From: a virus
IMG/VR virus record: IMGVR_UViG_3300037339_000380
Span: 2,844 to 66,843 of that record
Reading direction: 5' to 3' (one strand)
Length of the DNA stretch: 64,000 nt
Shown here: positions 9,064 through 18,332 of the stretch, one piece after another
Layout of the letters: each line of letters starts with the position of its first letter
Numbering within the stretch: the stretch's first letter is position 1
The notes under the pieces: model-generated
What the model was told of the DNA's origin: nothing
What the model saw: only the letters and a program-made list of their open reading frames with translations
Databases searched by the model: none
Position numbers and translations under genes: made by a program

Positions 9064-9876
9064 ATGACAGCAAATAACCTAACAATCTGCATTGACGCTC
9101 CTTGTAACAAGAAGTGTCCTTACTGCATTTCTAATATGACTTTTTATCCAAAACCAGATACTTCCCTATTTGGTAGAAATATAGGAAAAGCAGTTAATAT
9201 GGCACAGATGGCATCTGTTAGCAGTGTCCTTATCTCCTCCAAGGGAGAACCATTGCTTAATATAAATGCTATTACTTTCTGTTGTGTTATGTTTGCCGAT
9301 TTCCCGTTAGAAATACAAACCAAAGGACTCCTGCTTACTCCCGAACTAATCATGAAACTACACAATCTGAGAATAAATACAATAGCTATCTCAGTAGAGA
9401 AGTATGGTGATTTGTTTGACTTTAAACATTACAAACTATGCAATGATTTAGGAATAAATATTAGAATTACCGTTGTTCTTTCTGATCTCTGGAGTCCTCC
9501 AAGTGGATATGATTTCTTGGCTGACTGTAATCAGCTTGGAATAAAACAAGTAACCTTCCGAATGTTATCTATTCCGACAAAAGAACTTACTACGGCAAAG
9601 AGTCTGAAGACTATTGAATGGATTGAGGTACATCAGATAAATCAGGAAAAACTGGCTATGTTTCTGGAACCACTCCACTCATATGAAAAGGAAGAAAATC
9701 TTGTAAGAAAACTGTCCTTTGGTCCTTCTGTCTATGAAATGGAAGGTGTAGCAGTTACCACAATGCCATATTGCATACAGGAAAATAATAACACAGAAGA
9801 TATAAGGTCATTGATTTATCATCAGGATGGCCATATGTACACATCATGGGATAAGAAAGCATCAATACTATTTTAA
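9064..9876 (+). CDS. Radical SAM protein
   Basis: CNKKCPYC, ISSKGEPLL and IQTKG. Confidence 0.85.
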   Translation: MTANNLTICIDAPCNKKCPYCISNMTFYPKPDTSLFGRNIGKAVNMAQMASVSSVLISSKGEPLLNINAITFCCVMFADFPLEIQTKGLLLTPELIMKLHNLRINTIAISVEKYGDLFDFKHYKLCNDLGINIRITVVLSDLWSPPSGYDFLADCNQLGIKQVTFRMLSIPTKELTTAKSLKTIEWIEVHQINQEKLAMFLEPLHSYEKEENLVRKLSFGPSVYEMEGVAVTTMPYCIQENNNTEDIRSLIYHQDGHMYTSWDKKASILF

Positions 9877-9877
9877 T

Positions 9878-10096
9878 ATGAAAAACGAAAAATTTAATAT
9901 GCTAAGATCAATCGGAGTTTTTAAAGATTGGCATCGTTCAGGGAAAGCTTCTGATAAAACAGAAAAAAGAAAAATGGAAAGAAGTCATGGTAGAATGGTC
10001 TGGATATCCAGAGACATATCAATACTTCCAATGACAGGACTACAATCTAATCGTGGCAGGGGAACTTATATAAGACAAAAACATGGTGTCTTATGA
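9878..10096 (+). CDS. Small basic hypothetical protein
   Basis: ATG at 9878 just after the upstream stop; ATGA overlap with the polymerase gene. Confidence 0.55.
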   Translation: MKNEKFNMLRSIGVFKDWHRSGKASDKTEKRKMERSHGRMVWISRDISILPMTGLQSNRGRGTYIRQKHGVL

Positions 10097-11505
10097 ACTA
10101 TTTAGACCCAGAAATGTACTCAGGATACCAATTGTTACATGATGGTATCTTAGCACTTGCACGTGCTGAACAACAAGGGCTTCGGGTAGATATGGAATAC
10201 CTGGAAGGTAAAAAGAAACATATCACCAGAGAAATTGAAAAACTGGAAGAACAGTTCAAGAAAACCAAATTCTTTAAACACTGGCAACATACAGTAAAAG
10301 GGAATGTTAATATTCATTCCAATGTACAGTTAGCTAATTTCCTCTACAAGATCAAAGGGATTAAAATAGAAAAAGAAACGATCTCAGGACAAGGAGCGAC
10401 CGACGAAGAGGCGTTAGGTCAGATGGGGATTCCCGAATTAACTAATTTGGTTAGGATAAGAAAACTTAAGAAAGTACGGGATACTTATTTACAAGGATTT
10501 GACAGAGAACAAATTGATGGATACATCCATCCTTTCTTTAACTTACATTTGGTAAAAACATATCGTTCCAGTTCAGATCATCCTAACTTTCAAAATATAC
10601 CCAAGCGAGATGAGGAAGCAATGAATATTGTTAGGAGAGCCTTGTTCCCACGTCCCGGACATCAGTTACTTGAACTCGACTATTCTGGACTTGAAGTACG
10701 TATTGCTGCCTGTTATCATAAGGATAAGACAATGTTACGTTATATAAAAGATCCTACGACAGATATGCATACGGATATGGCACAACAGTTGTTTATGATT
10801 GACAATTTTGATAAAGACATACCCTCTCATTATGTTTTAAGACAGGCAGCAAAAAACTCATTCGTGTTTCCAGAGTTTTACGGGGATTATTATAAAAACT
10901 GTGCAATAGGAATGGCTTGTGGTTGGGGTAAACTTCCTCAGGGGAAGTGGGGACCTGGACAGGGTATTGATATAACAGAAACAGAAACATTGTCTGACCA
11001 TTTTAGAAAGAAAGGAATTAAATCACTTGATGACTTTACCGATCATGTACAAAAGATAGAAAAGGATTTCTGGAGTAATCGTTTTGCTGATTATGCCAAG
11101 TGGAAAGAGCTTTGGTGGAAACAGTATAAGAAAACAGGTGTTGTCAAAATGTTTACAGGATTTCAATGTACAGGAGTTATGTCTAAGAATGACGTAATAA
11201 ACTATCCTGTTCAAGGTGCTGCCTTTCATTGTTTACTTTGGTCTTTTATTGAATTAGATAGAGTTATGACAAAAAACAAAATGGATTCTAAACTTGTTGG
11301 ACAGATACATGACTCCATTCTAATTGACATTAATCCTAATGAATTAGAAGATATAATCAAACTTGCATACAAAGTAACCTGTCAAGATCTACCAAAGGCT
11401 TGGTCTTGGATTATAGTTCCGTTAGATATTGAAATAGAACTTGCTCCTATAGATGGCAGTTGGGCAGAGAAAGAGAAATATGAATATAAATATTTCTTTG
11501 TGTAA
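10093..11505 (+). CDS. polA: Family A DNA polymerase, polymerase domain (C-terminal half of split PolA)
   Basis: TYRSSSDHPNFQNIP, motif A DYSGLEVR, motif B RQAAKNSFVFPEFYG, NYPVQG and motif C QIHDS. Confidence 0.95.
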   Translation: MNYLDPEMYSGYQLLHDGILALARAEQQGLRVDMEYLEGKKKHITREIEKLEEQFKKTKFFKHWQHTVKGNVNIHSNVQLANFLYKIKGIKIEKETISGQGATDEEALGQMGIPELTNLVRIRKLKKVRDTYLQGFDREQIDGYIHPFFNLHLVKTYRSSSDHPNFQNIPKRDEEAMNIVRRALFPRPGHQLLELDYSGLEVRIAACYHKDKTMLRYIKDPTTDMHTDMAQQLFMIDNFDKDIPSHYVLRQAAKNSFVFPEFYGDYYKNCAIGMACGWGKLPQGKWGPGQGIDITETETLSDHFRKKGIKSLDDFTDHVQKIEKDFWSNRFADYAKWKELWWKQYKKTGVVKMFTGFQCTGVMSKNDVINYPVQGAAFHCLLWSFIELDRVMTKNKMDSKLVGQIHDSILIDINPNELEDIIKLAYKVTCQDLPKAWSWIIVPLDIEIELAPIDGSWAEKEKYEYKYFFV

Positions 11506-11558
11506 AATAATTCATTTTATTTTTTGTATAATATACTGTTAAAATAAAAGTTTAAATT
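11506..11558 (+). promoter_or_regulatory. AT-rich intergenic spacer with a TATAAT hexamer (possible promoter)
   Basis: The only spacer of this size in the + operon; TATAAT at 11527-11532, but no convincing -35. Confidence 0.35.
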
Positions 11559-12155
11559 ATGAAAACACTCATTTCCAAATTAAGAACAATGTTCCCAGCC
11601 AAAGACTTTATAATTACAGGCTCTTACGTTTTGGCAGAATACGGATTAATGTCGATGAAGGATGTTCATGATATTGATGTTATTCTTGTCAATCCAGAAC
11701 CTTCTACAATAGAAGCGTTAAATCGTTGGATGAAAGATTCCCCAGCACCTTCTACTGCTAAATTGAAAGTATTACCTGTACCAGAAGTTAAAGAACCAGA
11801 AAGGAAACATAATGATCTATCAGAAGATGAAGAGGACGATATAGTATATGCAAAAGCAATGTCAGGTAGGAAAGTAATGAAGGCAGAAGTAAGACAATCA
11901 CATCTTCAAGCTATCTTCATGTTTGATAAAACTAAGGTAGATATCTATATTGAAAATACTTTTTCTGAACCAACATTACTTGTTGATGGGGTTAAATACA
12001 CTACTATTCCTCATATTATTAAGGCAAAGAGAAGTTATGGCAGGATGAAAGATTGGTTACAATGCAGAGATATGTCCAGAGTTCTTTTTAACCCTAATGA
12101 ATATGTAGAAATGTTAAATTCTAATTGGAAAAGTACATTAAGAGAGGAATATTAA
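11559..12155 (+). CDS. Pol-beta superfamily nucleotidyltransferase-like protein
   Basis: IITGS...HDIDVIL and a later KVDIY. Confidence 0.65.
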   Translation: MKTLISKLRTMFPAKDFIITGSYVLAEYGLMSMKDVHDIDVILVNPEPSTIEALNRWMKDSPAPSTAKLKVLPVPEVKEPERKHNDLSEDEEDDIVYAKAMSGRKVMKAEVRQSHLQAIFMFDKTKVDIYIENTFSEPTLLVDGVKYTTIPHIIKAKRSYGRMKDWLQCRDMSRVLFNPNEYVEMLNSNWKSTLREEY

Positions 12156-12156
12156 T

Positions 12157-13074
12157 ATGAGTTTATATTTGAAATACCGACCACGGAGTCTAGAAAGGCT
12201 GAAAGGGAATTCCAGTTTGATTAAAACTCTTGCTTCCATTTTAGAAAAGGAAAACCCACCTCATGCCTTTCTCCTCCATGGTCCTACTGGCTGTGGTAAA
12301 ACAACCATAGCCCGAATCATAGCCAACAAATTAGGGTGTAAAGGAATTGATTTGAGAGAGATCAATACTGCTGACATGAGAGGTATTGACACAGTAAGGG
12401 AACTAATACAAAAAAGTCAATACTGTCCTGTAGAAAGTGCCTGTACCTTTTGGATTATTGATGAGTGTCATAAGCTGACCAATGATGCTCAGAATGCTCT
12501 CCTTAAAATACTTGAAGACACTCCTGACCAAGTTTACTTTGCATTATGTACCACTGAACCTCAAAAATTATTATCAACAATAAAAGGTAGATGTAGTCAG
12601 TTTCAAGTAAAACCTTTGTCCGAAGATGAAATGATGTCTTTGTTACAGAATGTTGTCAAAAGAGAAAAGGAAGAACTTGAACAAGAAGTATATGAGATCA
12701 TCATCCGTGATAGTATGGGCTTGCCAAGAAACGCTTTACAGATACTTGAACAAGTCCTAAATGCTCCAGCAGAAGACAGAGCCAAAGTTGCTGAACAAGC
12801 ACAGTTTGAATATTCTCAGGCAATAGAACTTTGTCGTGCTTTACTGAATAAAGCTCCCTGGAAAACAGTCAATCATATATTAGCTGGATTAAAAGAACAA
12901 GAAGCTGAAACTATACGAAGGATTGTCCTAGGATATTGTCAAGCCGTACTATTAAAAACAGACAATTACCAAGCTGGAGTAGTATTGGAAGAATTTATTA
13001 GTCCATTTTATGATAGTGGATTTCCACAACTTGTTTATGCGTGTTATTCAATAATTAAAACCAAAGGATTATGA
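12157..13074 (+). CDS. dnaX: Clamp loader, DnaX (gamma/tau)-like AAA+ ATPase
   Basis: LYLKYRP, GPTGCGKTT, IIDECHKLT..AQNALLKILED, TIKGRC and G.PRNAL. Confidence 0.93.
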   Translation: MSLYLKYRPRSLERLKGNSSLIKTLASILEKENPPHAFLLHGPTGCGKTTIARIIANKLGCKGIDLREINTADMRGIDTVRELIQKSQYCPVESACTFWIIDECHKLTNDAQNALLKILEDTPDQVYFALCTTEPQKLLSTIKGRCSQFQVKPLSEDEMMSLLQNVVKREKEELEQEVYEIIIRDSMGLPRNALQILEQVLNAPAEDRAKVAEQAQFEYSQAIELCRALLNKAPWKTVNHILAGLKEQEAETIRRIVLGYCQAVLLKTDNYQAGVVLEEFISPFYDSGFPQLVYACYSIIKTKGL

Positions 13075-13259
13075 CAAAGACAGATTTAAAACTTGAATAT
13101 CAGAAGGAAACAGGAGAAATGGCTCCTGACAGATACCAACAAGATGAGTATGACAGGGATTATATTGCTTGGCTTGAAGATAAAGTAATTCAATTAACTG
13201 AACCTGTAGTAGTGTGGGGGGAACCTTTAAGAAAACTAAAAAATAATCAAAATCCATGA
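13071..13259 (+). CDS. Small hypothetical protein
   Basis: ATGA-coupled; Y.KETG...YIAWLE pattern typical of small phage ORFs. Confidence 0.6.
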   Translation: MTKTDLKLEYQKETGEMAPDRYQQDEYDRDYIAWLEDKVIQLTEPVVVWGEPLRKLKNNQNP

Positions 13260-13462
13260 ACTTTGCAGAACATAAGAAACGACATCAATCATTACACAAT
13301 AGTTTAGATGAACTTGTTGCTGACTATTTAAATCATAACATTTGTAAAATACCAAGTCAAACAGTATTGACTGATCTTATGAAATGGTCTTATAACCAAA
13401 CACTTGATCCTACAGAACTTAAATCTGATAATGATGGACTATCAAACAGACATACGTATTGA
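13256..13462 (+). CDS. Small hypothetical protein
   Basis: ATGA-coupled; H..LH.SLDELVADY...LMKWS.Q pattern. Confidence 0.6.
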   Translation: MNFAEHKKRHQSLHNSLDELVADYLNHNICKIPSQTVLTDLMKWSYNQTLDPTELKSDNDGLSNRHTY

Positions 13463-13919
13463 CGAAACTGCTCTCGATGTAGAGTGGTTAGAACAAAGTT
13501 CACTTGCTATGAAGTATGGCAAACATTGGGCTATATGTCGTAAACGACTAACTGAGGCAGACGAGAAAGTTAAAGTCATACGGGCAGAGCTTGTAGCACA
13601 GGCAAATAAGAACCCTATTAAGTGTTGTAATAAGGACAAACCTAACGCGGCTGATATCGAAGCATTTTACAGAAATTCCCAACGTCATAAAGAGGCTAAA
13701 GAGAAGTGGGTACAAGCCCAATACGAACTGGATATTGCTGAGATTGCTAAGAATGAAATAAGCTACACACGAAAAGTAGCATTAGAAAACTTGGTAAGAT
13801 TACATGGACAGCAATACTTTGCAGGACCAAAAGTACCAAGAGACATAACCTGGGAAAGGAAAGAGAAACAGAAAAAAGTTGATGCAGGCGTGGCAAGTAA
13901 AATGACACGTAAAAAGTAA
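13431..13919 (+). CDS. UvsY-like recombination mediator (helical)
   Basis: DIRIDETALDVEW..Q..L..KY resembles the T4 UvsY N-terminus; lies next to the SSB and RecA genes. Confidence 0.6.
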   Translation: MMDYQTDIRIDETALDVEWLEQSSLAMKYGKHWAICRKRLTEADEKVKVIRAELVAQANKNPIKCCNKDKPNAADIEAFYRNSQRHKEAKEKWVQAQYELDIAEIAKNEISYTRKVALENLVRLHGQQYFAGPKVPRDITWERKEKQKKVDAGVASKMTRKK

Positions 13920-13923
13920 TGGT

Positions 13924-14106
13924 ATGGAAAATGTTGTGGTATCTATATTGATTCTTGTTTCCTTATCAGTAGGGGCTTACCTGTTTGGAAGACTCTTTGC
14001 CAAAGGATTCTTTCGAGAGGTAGATATGCTTTTAGGTAAGAAGTTCACAGAATATATGAATAATAAACAAAAACAGAAAGAAGATGGCAACAAAGAAAAA
14101 AAGTAA
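13924..14106 (+). CDS. Small single-TM protein
   Basis: Hydrophobic N-terminus VVVSILILVSLSVGAYLF. Confidence 0.55.
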   Translation: MENVVVSILILVSLSVGAYLFGRLFAKGFFREVDMLLGKKFTEYMNNKQKQKEDGNKEKK

Positions 14107-15241
14107 TTTCAATTTTAAAGGGAAGACGTCAAGTGATGCTCAACGTCAGCAGAAAGCCGCTTCCTCTTACGGATACTTATCTCTTACAAAGGGATTAAGT
14201 GTTTTCAGTCCTGAACCTGGTGGCAGAGTAAAATTTGACATCATCCCTTACACGGTAACGGATCCAAAACATCCTGACAAAAACGCAGAATTAGGAATAG
14301 CCGTTGTAGGGAAACCCTGGTACAAACGTCCTTTTAAACTTCACAGGAACGTTGGTAGTGCAAATGAAATAGCTATTTGCCCGACCTCAATTGGTAAGAA
14401 ATGCCCTATTTGTGAATATAGGATTAAACGTATTAAAGAACAAGCGGAGAAGGAAGAAACAGATGCTTTAAAAGCTTCACTCCGAAACTTGTATCTGGTA
14501 ATTCCTAAAGGGCATAAAAAGTTTGAAGAAGTTGTTCATCTGTTTGATATAAGTCAATACAACTTCCAAGCATTACTAAATGAGGAATTACAGGAGGATG
14601 AATCCAAAGGAAACTTTCCAAGTCTTGATGAGGGGGAATCATTAAAGGTACGTTTTGAATCCAAAACAATTGGAGGTAGTCAACCTTTTGCTCAGGCAAG
14701 TCGTATTGACTTTGAAGAAAGAGATGAACAATATGACTGGTCGATGTTGGATGAATCCCCAAACTTGGATGAAATGCTCAATATTTTAAGTTATGATGAG
14801 CTACACGCCAAGTTCCACGAATTGGAAGATGAGGAGGTAGGAGGTAAATTGACAAAAGTCAAAGATGAGGAGGATGATGACGAGGAGGAAGAGGAAGAAA
14901 AACCGACACGTAAAAGAAAGTCACTACCCAAATCAAAGAAAAAGGAAGAGGAGGATGATGACGAGGAGGAAGAGGATGACGAGGAGGAAGAGGAAGAAAA
15001 ACCTGTTCAACGTAGGAAGGCCGTTAAAAAAATAGTCAAAGAAGAAGAAGACGAGGATGAAGAGGAGGAAGATGAGGAGGAAGATGATGAACCTGTTACT
15101 ACCAAAAATAAAACTAAGAAGAAAGACAGATGTCCGTCTGGTTACAGATTTGGAATTGACACAGAAAAATATGATGAATGTGCCGATTGCGAAATATGGG
15201 ATGAGTGCTTAGAAGCCAAACGTAAAAACAAAGGAAAATAA
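14084..15241 (+). CDS. T4 gp32-like single-stranded DNA-binding protein with long acidic tail and C-terminal Cys domain
   Basis: H...CPTSIGKKCPICE Zn site, D/E-rich repeats and C-terminal CP.G..FG...C.DC..W..C. Confidence 0.75.
   Translation: MATKKKSNFNFKGKTSSDAQRQQKAASSYGYLSLTKGLSVFSPEPGGRVKFDIIPYTVTDPKHPDKNAELGIAVVGKPWYKRPFKLHRNVGSANEIAICPTSIGKKCPICEYRIKRIKEQAEKEETDALKASLRNLYLVIPKGHKKFEEVVHLFDISQYNFQALLNEELQEDESKGNFPSLDEGESLKVRFESKTIGGSQPFAQASRIDFEERDEQYDWSMLDESPNLDEMLNILSYDELHAKFHELEDEEVGGKLTKVKDEEDDDEEEEEEKPTRKRKSLPKSKKKEEEDDDEEEEDDEEEEEEKPVQRRKAVKKIVKEEEDEDEEEEDEEEDDEPVTTKNKTKKKDRCPSGYRFGIDTEKYDECADCEIWDECLEAKRKNKGK
14867..15090 (+). repeat. Imperfect direct repeats encoding acidic tracts
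   Basis: GAGGAGGATGATGACGAGGAGGAAGAGGA at 14867 and 14948, plus a degenerate third tract. Confidence 0.8.
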
Positions 15242-15582
15242 TGACACTGTTAAAAGCAAGCAATAAGGAGGAGCTTAGACTGGTGGGGGTACATTTACCC
15301 TCATCCGTCTATGATTATCTGACTCTTTATACCTTATCAAAGGGTATTACCAAATCAGCATTGTTAAGACAATTGCTCGATCCATGGATAGAGGCAGAAA
15401 AAACTGATGAATCAGTGCTACTGGAACAGATTGTACAACGTATTCAATCTGGATGGAGAAAGAAAAAGAAGTTACATCCAAAAACAAGTTTCAATCAGTT
15501 CATAACTGAGATTAAAAAAGAACTTCTTGGAAAAGGATTGACACGGGTTCAAGTTAAATCAATATTATCTAATTTTGAATAA
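15241..15582 (+). CDS. Ribbon-helix-helix-like DNA-binding protein
   Basis: RLVGVHLP..VYDYL.......GITKSALLRQLL pattern. Confidence 0.55.
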   Translation: MTLLKASNKEELRLVGVHLPSSVYDYLTLYTLSKGITKSALLRQLLDPWIEAEKTDESVLLEQIVQRIQSGWRKKKKLHPKTSFNQFITEIKKELLGKGLTRVQVKSILSNFE

Positions 15583-16640
15583 TGGAACGAACTAAAAAGT
15601 CAACGTCATTGAGTGATCAACTTAAAAAGAAGGTAAATGGACCTGTCAGAACAAAACACAATGAGTTTAAAGGAAAATTCTTCGGCAACAACATTAGCAC
15701 AGGATCCACCTTACTTGACTTGGCCATATCGGGAGGTCGTGTACGTGGGGGAGGGTTGCCAGCAGGTATTCTCGTTGAAATATTTGGTCCAAGTGGCTCC
15801 GGCAAAACAGTCTTGTTATCAGAAATTGCAGGTAACATCCAAGCCAAAGGTGGTCAGGTAATGTTTCATGATCCTGAGGCAAGACTTAACAAACAGTTTG
15901 CTAAAATGTTTGGATTAAACTTGGAAGAAGAAGATTATGGTAGACCTGACACAGTCCCTGAAGTCTTTAAAGCCGTACGTGCATGGAGTCCTAATGGAAA
16001 AAACGATACTATTCATGGTGTAATGGCTGACTCCCTTGCCGCGTTATCAACAGGACAAGAGATGGATAAGGATGAAGGGGATAAGATGGGAATGCGTAGG
16101 GCTAAAGAATTCAGTGAGGAACTACGAAAGACCTGTCGCATATTAGCTCATAACAACTACCTTATGGTGTGTAGTAACCAAGTTCGTATCAATGTAGGAG
16201 GAGGTGATTGGGGACCTAAATACACTACACCTGGTGGAGAGGCTGTTGGTTTTTATTCAAGTGTACGGTTAAAGACACAAATCGTAAAAAAGATAACAAA
16301 AAAGAAAAAGATTCATGGAAAAGAAGTTAGTAGAGTTATTGGTGTTGATGCTGAAGTGGAAGTGTTTAAAAACTCCGTTTGGAAACCCTTTCATAAGGCT
16401 CCTGTTACCATTATATTTGATTACGGGATTGATGATATACGACAGAACTTACAGTTTCTTAAAGACAATTCAAGTAAGTCGACCTATTATCTTGGTAACG
16501 AAACACTCAAGAATAGTATTGAGGAATCAATAGTCATGGTTGAGAAAAATGACTGGGAAGAAAGATTACGACAAGAAGTTATATTATTATGGACAAGTAT
16601 TGAATCACAATTTGATAGTCATCGTAAACCTAAAAGATAA
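15582..16640 (+). CDS. recA: RecA/UvsX recombinase
   Basis: ISTGS..LDLAI.GG, GLP.G..VEIFGPSGSGKT, DSLAAL, NQVR and TTPGGEA..FYSSVR. Confidence 0.95.
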   Translation: MERTKKSTSLSDQLKKKVNGPVRTKHNEFKGKFFGNNISTGSTLLDLAISGGRVRGGGLPAGILVEIFGPSGSGKTVLLSEIAGNIQAKGGQVMFHDPEARLNKQFAKMFGLNLEEEDYGRPDTVPEVFKAVRAWSPNGKNDTIHGVMADSLAALSTGQEMDKDEGDKMGMRRAKEFSEELRKTCRILAHNNYLMVCSNQVRINVGGGDWGPKYTTPGGEAVGFYSSVRLKTQIVKKITKKKKIHGKEVSRVIGVDAEVEVFKNSVWKPFHKAPVTIIFDYGIDDIRQNLQFLKDNSSKSTYYLGNETLKNSIEESIVMVEKNDWEERLRQEVILLWTSIESQFDSHRKPKR

Positions 16641-16645
16641 ATAAT

Positions 16646-16945
16646 ATGTCAGTATCAACTAATTTCATAGCACTGAAAGATAAAGACAAGATTTTTCAGA
16701 ATCATAAAAAAGTCTTGATTGCTTGTAAGAGAGCAAAAGTTAGTTTACCAAAAGAAACCGCTGAATACTGTGGTAGTGATGACTGGGAATTAGCAGAGGA
16801 AAACATATCAGAAAAATTAGAGGTTGAGTTAATAGAAGGGAAACACTATAACGAAATATTAACCGAGTCAGAAAATGGGTTTGAAGTGTTAATTAAGAAA
16901 CTCCCAAAAGAGGTAACAAAAATTCGTTTTACTAATTCGTGGTAA
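16646..16945 (+). CDS. Hypothetical protein
   Basis: ORF within the operon; no motif recognised. Confidence 0.65.
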   Translation: MSVSTNFIALKDKDKIFQNHKKVLIACKRAKVSLPKETAEYCGSDDWELAEENISEKLEVELIEGKHYNEILTESENGFEVLIKKLPKEVTKIRFTNSW

Positions 16946-16948
16946 ATC

Positions 16949-17497
16949 ATGGAACGTACAATAAGAAAGATGAGTCAGAATGTCATTCTAACGAATGATC
17001 CAAGTATTACTGCCTGGGGTTGGGCTGTCTTGAATGATCAAAATAAAGTACTTGAAATTGGTTGTATAAAGACAGCAACTGAAGGAAAGAAACGCAGAAT
17101 ACGTAAAGGGGATGAAACCGTCAGGAGAGTGAGTGAGGTAGTTCAACAATTACTTACAATCATTGACAAACATAAAGTCAATTTCTTGGTATCAGAACTA
17201 CCACACGGTAGTCAAAATGCTCAGGCAGCAGTCATGATAGGTATTGTAACTGGAATAGTTCAAACTATGTCTGATTGTTTAGGTATTCCTGTAGAATGGT
17301 TTTCCGAAGGAGACGCTAAAAAGGCCGTACTGAATAAAAGGTCAGCAACCAAGACGGAGATGGTTAAAGCCATTGACAAGTTATATAGAGTACCTTGGGT
17401 AAATACAAAGTACATAGACGAGGCGGTAGCCGACTCATTGGCAGTTCATTACGTAGCAAGTAAGGAAAGTTCAATTCTAAAGATGATGAAAAGATGA
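16949..17497 (+). CDS. ruvC: RuvC-like Holliday junction resolvase
   Basis: ILTNDPS..AWGWAVL, VSE, K.A....SATK.EM and ADSLAV. Confidence 0.85.
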   Translation: MERTIRKMSQNVILTNDPSITAWGWAVLNDQNKVLEIGCIKTATEGKKRRIRKGDETVRRVSEVVQQLLTIIDKHKVNFLVSELPHGSQNAQAAVMIGIVTGIVQTMSDCLGIPVEWFSEGDAKKAVLNKRSATKTEMVKAIDKLYRVPWVNTKYIDEAVADSLAVHYVASKESSILKMMKR

Positions 17498-17712
17498 AAC
17501 CCGAACTTAAAGATGAATTTCAAGTAGCTTTCACTAAAGCATTAATGCGTCTTGGTGAGATTAAAGATCCTATTGTTCAAGGTGTTGCTTTGTTCAGAGA
17601 ACTGTCTACTATAATTGACAACATCTATGATGCAGGAAGGATTGACGGATTTAATGAAGCCTACAAAAAGGCAGCACAAGAAACAGAAAAGAAATACAGT
17701 AAACGCAATTAA
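17494..17712 (+). CDS. Hypothetical protein
   Basis: ATGA-coupled ORF. Confidence 0.55.
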   Translation: MKPELKDEFQVAFTKALMRLGEIKDPIVQGVALFRELSTIIDNIYDAGRIDGFNEAYKKAAQETEKKYSKRN

Positions 17713-17713
17713 C

Positions 17714-17932
17714 ATGAGTAAACTATTTATTACTGATATACGATTGGAAACAATGGACATCAGTACAGTTTCGGAAAGAGATATTGTATTTGCCTGTTGG
17801 GTAGTTGACTACGAAATATATCATAATAAGGGTCATTTCTGGAGAGGTCGTATTCGTTGGGTTAAAAGGGATTGTATCATTGATGACGTGCTTGCAGAGA
17901 TAAGAAAAGATTTACCAAAAGATATAAAATAA
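17714..17932 (+). CDS. Hypothetical protein (MSKLFITD...)
   Basis: ATG at 17714 after the upstream stop is more plausible than the track start at 17615. Confidence 0.5.
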   Translation: MSKLFITDIRLETMDISTVSERDIVFACWVVDYEIYHNKGHFWRGRIRWVKRDCIIDDVLAEIRKDLPKDIK

Positions 17933-18159
17933 TGGGAAGTATTAATGAAAATGAATGGATGAAAATTGCTATAATTAATTCAAGTGCTGAAATGAATGTA
18001 GAGGATGTCCTTCCTATGATAAAACATCTTTTGCATATCAGAAAAGAATATGCTAGGATTTATACAAGTAGTGATGATTGGGAAAAAAGACATCACGAAA
18101 GTCTTCATGGATTTGACTTTTGTAATGAGGAAATCAAGAAGCTAATAGGAATATTATGA
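17932..18159 (+). CDS. Hypothetical protein
   Basis: TAATG-coupled ORF. Confidence 0.55.
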   Translation: MGSINENEWMKIAIINSSAEMNVEDVLPMIKHLLHIRKEYARIYTSSDDWEKRHHESLHGFDFCNEEIKKLIGIL

Positions 18160-18332
18160 TTCAGCAACTTCTCAAGTTCTTAAAAAGAAAGAATAAATCA
18201 ATAGTACCTCATAAAGTTGATGGGTATTATAAGGATATTAAAATAGGGGAATCCAAAGAAGGATGGGATGAGTTTATTAAGACAAAAGAAGGATTGATTA
18301 AAGTTCCACCAGACAGAATAGAAATACACTAA
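18156..18332 (+). CDS. Small hypothetical protein (58 aa, not in the ORF track)
   Basis: MIQQLLKFLKRK...IEIH*; ATGA overlap upstream and TAATG overlap downstream fill the gap exactly. Confidence 0.6.
   Translation: MIQQLLKFLKRKNKSIVPHKVDGYYKDIKIGESKEGWDEFIKTKEGLIKVPPDRIEIH

Noticed and set aside
9064-9876. Calling the second radical SAM a viperin or QueE
   Set aside because: Only generic CxxxCxxC and GEP motifs are visible; I cannot see family-specific residues
9063-10092. Group I intron or intein interrupting polA
   Set aside because: The interval is filled by coupled ORFs with no room for a ribozyme core, has no homing endonuclease motifs, and both polymerase halves have their own start and stop
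11500-11535. Full sigma70 promoter
   Set aside because: TATAAT is present, but there is no -35 at 16-18 bp and no TGn extension; kept only as a low-confidence feature
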